Source: Dehalococcoidia bacterium (GTDB taxonomy: Bacteria > Chloroflexota > Dehalococcoidia > Plut-88900). Taken from it: a stretch of DNA of 64,000 nucleotides. This document shows positions 9,510 through 22,000 of the stretch, piece by piece. The notes below the pieces were generated by a model. That model was not told the origin of the DNA, did not search any database, and worked only from the letters and a program-made list of their open reading frames with translations. The stretch is taken from contig OZ240219.1 in the NCBI GenBank assembly GCA_965197645.1, positions 2,944,001 through 3,008,000 on the forward strand, in the 5' to 3' direction. The stretch's first letter is position 1; every line of letters begins with the position of its first letter. Position numbers and translations under genes: made by a program.

Positions 9510-10271
9510 GCTAGCCTCTTGCCGAGCCATCAGTTGTGCAAACTCGACCAGAGGTGTGCATCACCGTTTTGCAGCATCGTCCAGCGCATAGCAAGAAGGT
9601 AGCATAGCACTAGCCTTGGTGTTTCGCGCCAACTCAGCATTCCTAGGATTTTGACTCACCAGTGAAGGCCCATCCACGTCCGCAGTTCACAAGAGACCCA
9701 ATATTCTCAGGTCTTCGTGGGTTGTCGACTTGAAGTCATTACGCTTTCCGATTGCTACATTCCTGTGGGAGCCTATGATCTTGGAGCAGTACTCTGATCC
9801 CAACTTCATAACCACCCAACTTGAGAGGTTCGATTCAACTTAGACGGGCCTATTTTGACGATAGACAGAACCGTCTTTGAACTGTGGCTCGGCGGGCTGT
9901 GAACCTCGAGCCCACAACCATGACCGAGAGTTCGAGGCCCTAAGGGTTGTCCTCGTGGGTCTCCACAGTCACCGCGATGCTAGGCGCTTCAAGAACTAGA
10001 GCAGATTCCTTCTTCAGAGCATCCAGGTCAATTCCACGGAGCTTCTCATCAGCCGCGCTAGCAGCATTTAGAGCATCCCGCTTCACATGGCATGAGGGAT
10101 CGAACCGCTGCCGAAAACCAAAGCTCCGACGACCGCGGTGGCTACCGCGACAGTGAAGGAAAGGCCTACGGCGGGCCGGTAGGCGCAGCCCCCTCATCAT
10201 GTCCCGCACCGGACCCGAGCCGTATGCACTTGTCTTGGCGTCCCAAGCCCCTCGAATCAGCCCGTCGCGGG

Positions 10272-10973
10272 TCACTGCCTCTCCGACTCTGGCGGGGAGT
10301 TGTTGCCCACCACCACGTCGTCCACGAGGCCGTTCCGCACAGCCCAGATCACGAGTTCCTGCTTCGTCTCGATGCCCAGCTTTTCCTGAATGCGATAGAG
10401 GTTATTCCGCACAGTGGCAACGCTGTTTCCCCTCGCCTCGGCGATCTCGGTGTACGACCTCCCCCTGGCGAACAGGGTCAGGGTCTCCCGCTCCATCGCC
10501 GTCAACTTGTCCGCAGGCTGACGGGAGACGAGCATGCGCTGGTTCCGGAGCATTGCGAAGACCGCCCTGACCGCCTTGTCAGGAATTCGTAGCCGGCCCT
10601 CGGCTACATCCAGAACGGCTTCCACCAACTCCTCAGGCCGCGAGTACTTCTGAAGGTACCCCGTCGCCCCCGCGGCGACCGCCTCGATCACAGCATCCTC
10701 TTCACTCGAGGCCGTCAGCATCAGCACTCGCGTGTCGGGCAAAAGCTCCATGATCTCCCGGCAGGCATCGATGCCGTCCTTGTTCGGCATGATCACGTCC
10801 ATGACGATGACCTGCGGGTCGATCCCTTCGACGGTCCTCACCGCCTCCTCTCCATCTCCAGCCAGTCCCACCACTTCGAAGCGGCCCGATGCTTCCAGCG
10901 CATCCCCCAAGCCACTCCTCACGATGGGGTGATCATCCACCACCATCACCCTTATTCGACCTGCTGACGACAT
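10272..10973 (-). CDS. NarL/LuxR family response regulator
   Basis: VMVVDDHPIVR, VMDVIMP, GATGYLQK, LTAMERETL...TVRNNLYRIQEKLG. Confidence 0.93.
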   Translation of the reverse strand: MSSAGRIRVMVVDDHPIVRSGLGDALEASGRFEVVGLAGDGEEAVRTVEGIDPQVIVMDVIMPNKDGIDACREIMELLPDTRVLMLTASSEEDAVIEAVAAGATGYLQKYSRPEELVEAVLDVAEGRLRIPDKAVRAVFAMLRNQRMLVSRQPADKLTAMERETLTLFARGRSYTEIAEARGNSVATVRNNLYRIQEKLGIETKQELVIWAVRNGLVDDVVVGNNSPPESERQ

Positions 10974-10974
10974 T

Positions 10975-12183
10975 TCAGGCGCCTCCTTTATCTGCTTTGT
11001 GGGGGACCACACAGGCGATGGTCGTTCCGTCTCGTCCCTCGCCGCTCTCCACGATCAGCGTTCCTCCCATCTGCTCAGCGTCCGCCCTCATGCCCTTGAA
11101 GCCGCGACCGCGCTCCGCGTAGTCGTCAGGGAGGCCCACGCCGTCGTCCGAGACGGACAGGCGGATGTGGTCGGCCTCGAAGCTCAACCTGACCTCGACC
11201 CTGCCCGGCCGGGCGTGCAGGAAGGCGTTGGTCAGCGCGTTGTGCGCTATGGAGAAGAGACGGGCTCGGGTCTCCGTGGCAAGAGGCGGCTCGGTCCCCG
11301 ACTGCGCCATCTCGGCTGGAACCCCCGTAATCCTCTCAAACGTCGCGCAGTGCGACCACAGGACCCGCCCCAGCTCCCTGCCCTCCAGGATGTGGCCGGC
11401 GTCGATGGGGCCCCTCACCTCCCACATGGCCGACCTTGACAGGTCGGAGGTCGCATCCAGAGCGGCCACCAATTCCTCGTTCGACTCGCCGGTCAGCTTC
11501 CTGATCCTGTGAATCCCCAGGTCGATCATGTAGGCGGTCTGAGCGGTCGTATCGTGAATCGTCTGGGAGAGCTCGATGCGTTCCCGCCGCAGCTGCCGCT
11601 CCCTTGACATAGCCGTCTGCCACCGGATGCGTTCGAACCGGGTGATGAGGCCGATGCCCAGCACGAGGGTGTACATCATCGCCAGCCTTGCCATGAGCAC
11701 CTTCTCGTTGCCCGCGTCAAGGTCGAGACCGGAGTCCACACGCAAGCACGCGATGGCGTAGGCACCGGCTGCCATCGTCATCCAGACGAGACTGAGCCCA
11801 AGGGACGAGAACACCACGGCAAAGACGGCGAGAGACGGATAGTAAGCCAGGAAGATGAGGCTCGTGTATCCGCCGTCGACGACGACGCCGGCGGTGATCA
11901 TGACAATCTCTGCGGCGCTGACGAAGAGCATCCAGTGCCATGTCAATGGCCTTTTCGTCAGCAGCCGATGGTGCACCAGGCCGTTGAGTATGCCCAGCAG
12001 CACAGGCAAGCCCAGGAGCTCGACGTCCTCGGGATACCAGAAGCCCGGCCGGTAAACCAACAGGAAGACGGCGACGAGCCAGATGAACCACCGACCCCAG
12101 ACGGAGACCCTCGCCGCATACAGGATCACGTCCGGGTCGCTCAGGGCGCCTAGCGTCGCCCACCTCTGTACGGCTCCTCCCAT
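10975..12183 (-). CDS. Membrane sensor histidine kinase (HisKA_3/NarX-type)
   Basis: Multi-TM N-terminus, ELSQTIHDTTAQ H-box, ALTNAFLHA N-box, VSDDGVG, GRGFKGM; adjacent to the NarL regulator. Start approximate. Confidence 0.9.
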   Translation of the reverse strand: MGGAVQRWATLGALSDPDVILYAARVSVWGRWFIWLVAVFLLVYRPGFWYPEDVELLGLPVLLGILNGLVHHRLLTKRPLTWHWMLFVSAAEIVMITAGVVVDGGYTSLIFLAYYPSLAVFAVVFSSLGLSLVWMTMAAGAYAIACLRVDSGLDLDAGNEKVLMARLAMMYTLVLGIGLITRFERIRWQTAMSRERQLRRERIELSQTIHDTTAQTAYMIDLGIHRIRKLTGESNEELVAALDATSDLSRSAMWEVRGPIDAGHILEGRELGRVLWSHCATFERITGVPAEMAQSGTEPPLATETRARLFSIAHNALTNAFLHARPGRVEVRLSFEADHIRLSVSDDGVGLPDDYAERGRGFKGMRADAEQMGGTLIVESGEGRDGTTIACVVPHKADKGGA

Positions 12184-12380
12184 GCCGGCCTTCAGCAAGT
12201 CCAGGCTCCCGATCCGAAGTCACGTACTCCTCGCATGCACATTGACATTACAGATCGAATCCCCCGCCTGTAGCCACGCAAATCTGTTGGGACATAAACA
12301 CCGACAACTTACATCAAATGCCCAATCTCTACTAGAGCACAATGTACTAACGGTAATAGGCAAAACGCTATCTATGAAAC

Positions 12381-12416
12381 GATGAAAAGAGAAAGGCCAA
12401 CTTTCCCCTTTTCATC
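12381..12416. promoter_or_regulatory. Inverted repeat in the kinase/adhesin divergent intergenic region
   Basis: GATGAAAAGAGAAAG-gccaa-CTTTCCCCTTTTCATC, flanked by the direct repeat ATCTATG(C)AAACG. Confidence 0.45.
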
Positions 12417-13009
12417 TATGCAAACGCCGAAGGGGAACGCCATACTTCACTAGGTTGCTCTGGGAAGCCGTGGGTGGAGCGTGACTGCCGCCTGAGCGGC
12501 AGGCGCCACATCGTACCGTGTTGGATCCCGGAGTAACGCAGGAACGCGCAACAAATTATGGTGATGCTTGAAATGGAAGATGACCTTCACCTCAGCCCGC
12601 CTTACTCACCGCCCGGAACGACTCGAGAGAGGGGACGGGAGGCGATGCGTGTTCCGACCGGGAACAGGCAAGTTCCCGAACTATTGTACTTAGGAGGAAG
12701 CCAGCCTTAGACCCTAAGCCAGAGTTCTAACCTCAAGTACATACCGCCATATCAACCAATCGTCTTGTGCCCGGATAGAGGCTGGGAAGGAAGTCGCCCC
12801 ATGGCGGCGGCTTCTGTTGCACCGGCGGGTTTCCCGCTGCGTCGCCAACGGCCCATGACCCCATGTGGCTACTCCAAGCTCTACTGACAGGGACAAGCCG
12901 CGGCCGTCCGGGCATCCAGGCTCCGCGCCTGCCTCTGGACGCTACCCCAGTTCCGGGCTGCGGAAGCCAAGGGCAGCGAACACTTTGACTATCAAGGAGA
13001 ACCGCAGAA

Positions 13010-16000
13010 TTGACTAAGCTTGTGCCTCTCTTGGCAATCATGGCCCTGTTAATGGGCCTGCCGTCCGTGGCCCACGCCCAGGCCACCACGCCAACCGTAT
13101 CCTCGGCCGCCATCACCTCCAACCCGGGCACGGACAACACCTACGCCACCGGCAACACGGTCACGGTGAGCCTGACCTTCAGCGAGGCGGTCACGATCAC
13201 CGGCACGCCACACGTGGTCGTCGACATTGGCGGGCAGCCCCGGAACTTCAAGTACTCGGGCGACGGAAGCAGCGCGGCGGCGCAGCCGTTCAGCTACACC
13301 GTGCTCGTGGGGGACAAGGACGCGGACGGCGTCTCGTTGCAGGCCAACAGCCTCACGCTGAACGGCGGCACGGTCCAGGCCACCGACGACTCAACCAACG
13401 CCACGCTCACCCATCCCGCCATGACGTTCGCCAACCATAAGGTGGACACCCAGGTCACGCTGCTGAGCAATCTTGGTCAGGCGGACGCATCGGACACCAT
13501 CACCGTCAGCGCGACGGAGAGCGCCAAAATCGAAATTGTTGTGGCCCAGGACAAAGCTTTTGACATCAACGCGATTACGCTCGACGTCAGGACGCCGTCC
13601 GAAACGCTCAACGTCACGGTGAGGCTGTTCGGCGGAGACTTTGCGGACTATACATATACTGGGTCCGTAACGGCCGCGGGCCTGCAGACGTTCACATTGA
13701 GCGGACCGCCAGGGGTGAGCTTTGGCAACGTGGGCTGGGCGGATTTTGGACAAATTTATCGATATCAAATGATAGTTAGCGGATCAGGCGCCGGCAGCGT
13801 CGAACTGGTAGGGACAACAGGCACAGGCACTGACGCAGGTGGTGTCTCAGGCCTAAGCATCCGGGCCGTGAGAGGGGAGACCTCGAACCCCCAGATGCGT
13901 CTATCGGGACACGAAGGTGCGATTCCGAACCTCATGTACGGCGACGTCCTTTCGAGTCCGCCGGACGGGACCGCCTATGCTGCCGGAGACCGGATCGCCT
14001 TCCTGTTCGTGTTCTCCCGGCCTGTGGATTTTCCACAAGGGATCACCGTACCGTTCTGGCTTGGGAACGGCGCCGAGGACCGCCGTGAGGCGAGCCTGAT
14101 CGAGAATCTCTCAGGTTACTACGAGGACCTGTTCTTTTCATACACGGTCCAGCCCGGCGATACGGATTCGGACGGGATATTCCTCGGGGCGGACCCGTTG
14201 GGAGACAATGCGGGTATCGACTTCCATACGGAGGAAACTGCCGCTGTTCCCGCTTACCTGCGACTTGCGGCCAACCAGCTTGCGGCGAGTCAATCCGTCA
14301 ACGGCTCCGGCTCGCGGACCTGCGAGGAGGTTTTCTGCAGCACTGTACTTGTCGGTGAAGAGAGAGTGGGGCTGGAGGCGGCCATTGGGTTTTCCATTTC
14401 GGTTAACGCAAATGCACTCCCCTTCGTTCCACTAGGGGCATCAAGTGCGTTGTCATTTGGCTATGGTGGTGAGGAATATGTGGTAAGAGAATTAGTATTC
14501 CTGGATCAAGCAATCGCCGCCTTAGATCTGCGCTTCCAAAATGGGCTTCCTAGTTCTCACTATGACAGGTTGACTCTCAGCGTGGACGGGACGCTGTTTC
14601 TCCTGAGTGAGGCTTCTAGCTCTTCCGTCGCCGTCCGTTTCCAGTGGAGTGATCCGGTCCTCCCGTGGGCGGCGGGCGACGAGATTGACGTCAAGCTGAT
14701 CGAAACGGCGACGGCCACGTTCGACGCCGCAAGCTACGCCAAGACCGAGGGCGACACCTTCGAAGTGACGGTGACGCTGGGCGACCCATTCGCGAACACC
14801 CTGACGCTTCCCATCGAGGTCGCCGAGAACGGTGGGGCGGATGCCACGGACTACACAGGCATCCCCGAGAACCTGGTCTTCGCGCCCGGCGAGACCGTGA
14901 AGACGTTCACCGTGACCATCGAAGATGACGACTTTAACGACGACGACGAGAGCCTCACCCTCAGCTTCGGCGAGGAGTCCCATATCAGGTCAGGCGGGGC
15001 CAACGAGACCGCCACCATCACCATCACGGATACCGACGGCCCGCAGGTGTCGGTGTCGTTCGGGGCGGGCACGTACACGGTCCCGGAGGGCGGCACCCAG
15101 TCCGTGACGGTGTCGCTAAGCGCCGATCCGGAGCGCACGGTCGAAATTCGCCTCACGCATATGCCCCAGGGCGGCGCCGGCTCCACCGATTACTCCGGCG
15201 TGCCTGCGAATTTGACCTTCAACGCGGGGGAAACTGAGAAGTCGTTCATCTTCACGTCGGCGCAGGACATGGAGGACGACGACGACGAGAGCGTGCTGCT
15301 CGGCTTCGGCACGCCGCTGCCGCCGGGGGTGACCGCTGGAACGACGAGCCAGACAACCGTCAGCATCACAGACGACGACGTTCCGCAGGTGACGGTGATG
15401 TTCCTGGAGAGCGCGTACAATGTCCCGGAGGGCGGCACCCAGTCCGTGACGGTGTCGCTGAGCGCCGATCCGGAGCGCACGGTCGAAATTCGCCTCACGC
15501 ATATGCCCCAGGGCGGCGCCGGCTCCACCGATTACTCCGGCGTGCCTGCGAATTTGACCTTCAACGCGGGGGAAACTGAGAAGTCGTTCATCTTCACGTC
15601 GGCGCAGGACATGGAGGACGACGACGACGAGAGCGTGCTGCTCGGCTTCGGGACGCTGCCAAGCATGGTGAGCGCGGGAACGCCGGCCACGACCACGGTG
15701 AGCATCACCGACAACGACTTCCCGGAGGTGACGGTGATGTTCGGGGCGGACGCCTACACGGTCCCGGAGGGTGGGACCCAGTCGGTGGCGGTAACGCTGA
15801 GCGCCGACCCTGAGCGTACGGTGGTCATTCCCCTCACGACGATGCCCCAGGGCGGCGCGGGCTCCACCGATTACTCCGGCGTGCCTGCGAATTTGACCTT
15901 CAACACGGGGGACACTGAGCAGACGATCACGTTCAGCGCAACCCATGACACGGAGGACGACGACGATGAGAGCGTGCTGCTCGGCTTCGGCGCGAACCTG

Positions 16001-19000
16001 CCGCCGGGGGTGACCGCTGGAACGACGAGCCAGACAACCGTCAGCATCACAGACGACGACGTTCCGCAGGTGACGGTGATGTTCCTGGAGAGCGCGTACA
16101 ATGTCCCGGAGGGCGGCACCCAGTCCGTGACGGTGTCGCTGAGCGCCGATCCGGAGCGCACGGTCGAAATTCGCCTCACGCATATGCCCCAGGGCGGCGC
16201 CGGCTCCACCGATTACTCCGGCGTGCCTGCGAATTTGACCTTCAACGCGGGGGAAACTGAGAAGTCGTTCATCTTCACGTCGGCGCAGGACATGGAGGAC
16301 GACGACGACGAGAGCGTGCTGCTCGGCTTCGGGACGCTGCCAAGCATGGTGAGCGCGGGAACGCCGGCCACGACCACGGTGAGCATCACCGACAACGACT
16401 TCCCGGAGGTGACGGTGATGTTCGGGGCGGACGCCTACACGGTCTTGGAGGGTGGGACCCAGTCGGTGGCAGTAACGCTGAGCGCCGACCCTGAGCGTAC
16501 GGTGGTCATTCCCCTCACGACGATGCCCCAGGGCGGCGCGGGCTCCACCGACTACTCCGGCGTGCCTGCGAATTTGACCTTCAACGCGGGGGAAACTGAG
16601 AAGTCGTTCGTCTTCACGTCGGCGCAGGACACGGAGGACGACGACGACGAGAGCGTGCTGCTCGGCTTCGGCGCGAACCTGCCGATTCGGATTACTCAGG
16701 GCGTCACTAATGAGGCGACAGTGAGCATCACCGACGACGACGACCCGCAGGTGTCGGTGTCGTTCGGGGCGGGCACGTACACGGTCCCGGAGGGCGGCAC
16801 CCAGTCCGTGACGGTGTCGCTAAGCGCCGATCCGGAGCGCACGGTCGAAATTCGCCTCACGCATATGCCCCAGGGCGGCGCCGGCTCCACCGATTACTCC
16901 GGCGTGCCTGCGAATTTGACCTTCAACGCGGGGGAAACTGAGAAGTCGTTCATCTTCACGTCGGCGCAGGACATGGAGGACGACGACGACGAGAGCGTGC
17001 TGCTCGGCTTCGGCACGCCGCTGCCGCCGGGGGTGACCGCTGGAACGACGAGCCAGACAACCGTCAGCATCACAGACGACGACGTTCCGCAGGTGACGGT
17101 GATGTTCCTGGAGAGCGCGTACAATGTCCCGGAGGGCGGCACCCAGTCCGTGACGGTGTCGCTGAGCGCCGATCCGGAGCGCACGGTCGAAATTCCCCTC
17201 ACTCATATGCCCCAGGGCGGCGCCGGCTCCACCGATTACTCCGGCGTGCCTGCGAATTTGACCTTCAACGCGGGGGAAACTGAGAAGTCGTTCATCTTCA
17301 CGTCGGCGCAGGACATGGAGGACGACGACGACGAGAGCGTGCTGCTCGGCTTCGGGACGCTGCCAAGCATGGTGAGCGCGGGAACGCCGGCCACGACCAC
17401 GGTGAGCATCACCGACAACGACTTCCCGGAGGTGACGGTGATGTTCGGGGCGGACGCCTACACGGTCCCGGAGGGTGGGACCCAGTCGGTGGCGGTAACG
17501 CTGAGCGCCGACCCTGAGCGTACGGTGGTCATTCCCCTCACGACGATGCCCCAGGGCGGCGCGGGCTCCACCGACTACACCGTGCCGTTGAGTGTGACGT
17601 TCAACACGGGGGACACTGAGCAGACGATCACGTTCAGCGCAACCCATGACACGGAGGACGACGACGATGAGAGCGTGCTGCTCGGCTTCGGCGCGAACCT
17701 GCCGATCCGGATTACTCAGGGCGTCGCTAATGAGGCGACAGTGAGCATCACCGACGACGACGACCCGCAGGTGACGGTGTCGTTCGGGGCGGGCACGTAC
17801 ACGGTCCCGGAGGGTGGGACCCAGTTGGTCACGGTCAACCTGAGCGCCGACCCGGAGCGCACGGTGGTTATTCCCCTCACGACGATGCCCCAGGGCGGGG
17901 CGGGCTCCACCGACTACTCCGTGCCGTTGAGTGTGACCTTCAACACGGGGGAGATGTCGAAGACGATCACGTTCAACGCAACCCATGACACGGAGGACGA
18001 CGACGATGAGAGCGTGCTGCTCGGCTTCGGCGCGAACCTGCCATCGCGGGTGATTCAGGGCGCCCCCAACGAGGCGACGGTGAGAATCACTGACGATGAT
18101 GATCCAGAGGTAACGGTGATGTTCGCCCAGATGGCCTACACGGTCCCGGAGGGCGGGACACAGTCGGTGACGGTCAACCTGAGCGCCGATCCGGAGCGCA
18201 CGGTGGTCATTCCCCTCACGACGATGAACCAGGGCGGAGTGGACGCCACCGACTATTCCGTGCCGACGAGCGTGACGTTCAACTCGGGGCAGATGTCGAA
18301 GACGATCATGTTCAGTGCAACCCATGACACGGTGGACGACGACGATGAGAGCGTGAAGATGGCCATCGGCACACCGCTGCCATCGCGGGTTACCCAGGGC
18401 GCCCCCAACGAGGCGACTGTGACCATCACCGACGACGACGACCCCTTCGTCGAGGTGCAGTTCGCTCAGAACTCCTACACCGTCCCTGAAGGAGGGACGC
18501 AGGCGGTGACGGTCACCCTGAGCGCGGACCCGGAACGCACGGTGGACATCCCCCTGGTGGCCACCGCACAGGGCGGGGCGGACATCACTGACTACTCCGT
18601 ACCGTTGGGCGTGATCTTCAACTCGGGGGAGCTGTCGAAGACGATCACTTTCAGCGCGACCCATGACACGGTGGACGACGACAACGAGAGCGTGCGGCTC
18701 GCCATCGGCGCGATCCTGCCGGCTCGGGTGAGCCGGGGCGCCACCAACGAGACGACGGTGAGCATCACCGACGACGATGACCCCCATGTGACGGTGATGT
18801 TCGCCCAGGCCGGCTACCGTGTGGTTGAGGGCGAGACGGTCGCGGTGCGCGTCACGCTGAGCGCGGACCCGGAGCGCACGGTGACCATTCCCCTGGTCGC
18901 CACCGGACAGGTCGGGGCGACCACCGACGACTATTCCGGCGTACCGGAGGATTTGACCATCAACGCCGGCGAGACGTCGAAGACATTCGAATTCATGGCG

Positions 19001-22000
19001 ACGGCGGACGAAACCTCCGACACGGGCGAGAGCGTCAATATCAGCTTCGGGACCAGCCTGCCGTCCCGGGTGACCGAGGGAACCCCGAATGAGGCTACGG
19101 TGACCATCAAGCAGGTGTCCACGCAGTTCAGCCTGGACTGCACCGGGACCGCAGCGGCGTGGTGCGCCGACGTGGGGTTCTCCGACCAGACCGCCGAGAA
19201 CTGGGGCCGGGCCAATCTGCGGTACGGCCGGGGTTTGGACCCGGTGGCCAGCCTGAGCAATGACGTATTTCGGTTCCGGGGCGTGGACTACACCGTCTTG
19301 AGCATGGAATTGCGGCCGGGAACCCACCCGATCATGCCAAATGCATGGAGCAGGTGGCAGCAGGGCTACTCGAGTTTCCGCATAGTCATCAACTGGGGCC
19401 CCAGCTTGCGGGGGGATCCGGTGGAGGAGCACTACCGGGACTGGGTCCTGCACCTGGACGGGCTGGAACTCCCGTTCAAGGACGCCTTTGTGTATAGGAA
19501 CAACTTCACGTGGGTGGGGGCGGAGTTCCAGCAGATCTTCAACGACTGGACCCCATCGACGGTGACCAAGGTAGGCATCGAAGAGGTGGCGGTGGCAGAT
19601 CAGGACACCAATCCGCTGCTGCCATGGGCGCCGATGCAGGTGGATGCAACGCCCGAAGGACCCAACGGGCTCCGGATAGATTGGGCCAAGCCGGCTTGGT
19701 ACACTCCCGGGCTAAACCTTCCCGGACTGCCAGAGCCAACCAAATATATCGTCCAGTGGAAGCTGGCGCCGGTAGGCTGGGGTGATAGCGCCGACGTGTC
19801 GCAGCGGGAGATGGCAGCCGGCTCCAATTCCCACTCGTTGACCGTGGATGGTCTGACCGAAGACGCGCTCTACTCGGTGCGCGTCATCGCCGGAAACGAT
19901 GCCGGCGACGGGCCGCCCTCCGAGGAAACGCTGGGCCGCCCGCAGGACGGCGTCATAGCGCTGCTTGCCAAGACGGTGAATGGGCGGACGCTGACGCTGC
20001 GCTTCAGCGAGCGGCTGGATCCGAACGCAGTCCCGGCGGAGACCGACTTCGTGGTCATCGCCGATGGCGGACTGATCGCGGTCGATTCCGTGGCGATCAG
20101 CGGCGATGCGGTCACCCTCACCCTGGACCGGGCCGTAACGGCCGCCAACTCCGTCCTGGCGCGCTACGACAAGCCCACCGATCCGTCGGCAGTGTTCCTG
20201 CGTGACACCGGCGGCGACCACGTGCAGATTCGCCAGCATTTTGAGTTGTTGCGCGCCGTCAACGCGACACCCCAATCGTCGGTGCAGCCGCTGACCGCGC
20301 AATTCGCCAACATGCCGAGCTCTCACGACGGAGCGACCCGTTTCACCTTCGAGATCGAATTCAGCGAGCCGGTCTGGGTGGGCATTGGGCTCCCCAGGGA
20401 CGACATGCTGGAAGTCACGGGGGGCACGGTCATCAGCGCGCCCTGGAAGGACCGGCGCACGGACAAGGTGACCGTCCATGTCCAGCCTGACACCACGGGC
20501 GACATCGTCATTGTCCTGGCCGGCAACCGGGTCTGCGCAGGGATAATCGGCTCCGGCGACCTACCCGATGACCCGGTCGCGGGCGCTCCATGCGCCATCG
20601 GGAACCGTATGCTGACCAACGATTCCACCATGACGATTCCGGGCCCTTCGTCATCAGGCCAGCAAGTTGTGGAGAACACCCCGGCCGAAGGCGAGCCGCG
20701 CATCGATGGAGTCCCGGAGGTGGGGCAGACGCTGTCGGCCGACACCACGGGCATTGTGGACGTCGACGGCCTGGATGACGTTGTCTTCCGATACCAGTGG
20801 CTGGCCGACGGCGCGGTGATCGCCAGCGCCACCGGCGCCACCTACACCGTAGTGTCCGGAGACGTGGGCAAGGCCATCAGGGTGCGGGTCGCCTTCACCG
20901 ATGACGGGGGCAACGAGGAGACGCTGACCAGCGCGCCAACCGTGGTGACGGCGGCGGGCCTGCAGCTCCAGTCGGCCACAGTGGATGGTGTCACCCTGAT
21001 GCTGACCTATAGCGAGGTCCTGGACAACGGGGTCACGCTGGGGACGACTCTCTTCGCCGTGAACGTGAACGGGTCACCCCGGTCGCTCTCCGGCGTCGCG
21101 GTTGGCGGATCCAACGTGCTATTGCTTCTGTCCTCGGCGGTGGAGGCCGGGGACACGGTGACGGTGGACTACACCGCGCCCAACGGCCCCGATTTCATCC
21201 GGGACACCCTCGGCAGGAAGGCGGCCTCCTTCAGCGGGCAGGCGGTGACGAACGACACCGCCGTTTCAGGAGGCGGGAGGTCGGACCCGGCGGAAGCGCC
21301 CGGCGCCCCGGACAGCCTGGAGGTGGTCCGGTATGAGAGCGGCAAGCTGAGGGCCTCCTGGGACGCCCCCGATTCAGACCCCGCTCCCACCGGGTACACC
21401 GTCCAGTGGAAGGAGTCCGCGGACTCCTGGGCGGACTTGGACGACGTCTCCGAGGCCAATGTGAAGGAGACCTCCCACGTCATCACGGGGCTGACCGACG
21501 GCGTGGAGTACGCCGTCCGGGTCATGGCGCGCAAGGGCGACGCCGAAAGCACCCCCTCCGGGGAGGTCGCGGCCACGCCCCAGGAGACGGAGCCGCCCGC
21601 GCCATCGTCGGCCTCGGTGGACGGGGCCACCCTCACCATCATCTTCGACGAGCCTCTGGACCCTGGCGAGACGCCGGCCAAGTCCGCCTTCGCGGTGACC
21701 GCGAGAGACGTCGGCTGGGGCGTGGAAACCGTTGCGGTGTCGGGAAGCGGGGTGACCATCACCCTTGCGGCGGCGGTGTGCGCCGGCGACGCGGTATCGG
21801 TGGGTTACACGGCCCCTGCGGACGCGTCGGCGGTCCGGCTGCAGGACCTGGCGGGCAACGCCGCGGCATCCTTTAGCGAGTGGCAGGTGACCAACAACAC
21901 CGGGGCGGCGGGCCAACTGACTGCGTGCGCCCGCGGCGTGCCGGCATCCCACGACGGGAGTGCCTCATTCACCTTCGAGCTGCGTTTCAGCGAGGAGTTC

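Noticed and set aside
9540-10260. Possible genes between ImmA and the response regulator (also 49270-50100, 55200-55800, 60900-61460)
   Set aside because: Only short ORFs without RBS or recognisable motifs; probably degraded remnants that I cannot assign.
16820-19453. 877 aa and other long minus-strand ORFs within the giant adhesin
   Set aside because: Antisense shadows from GC-rich codon bias in the repeats; no independent motifs.
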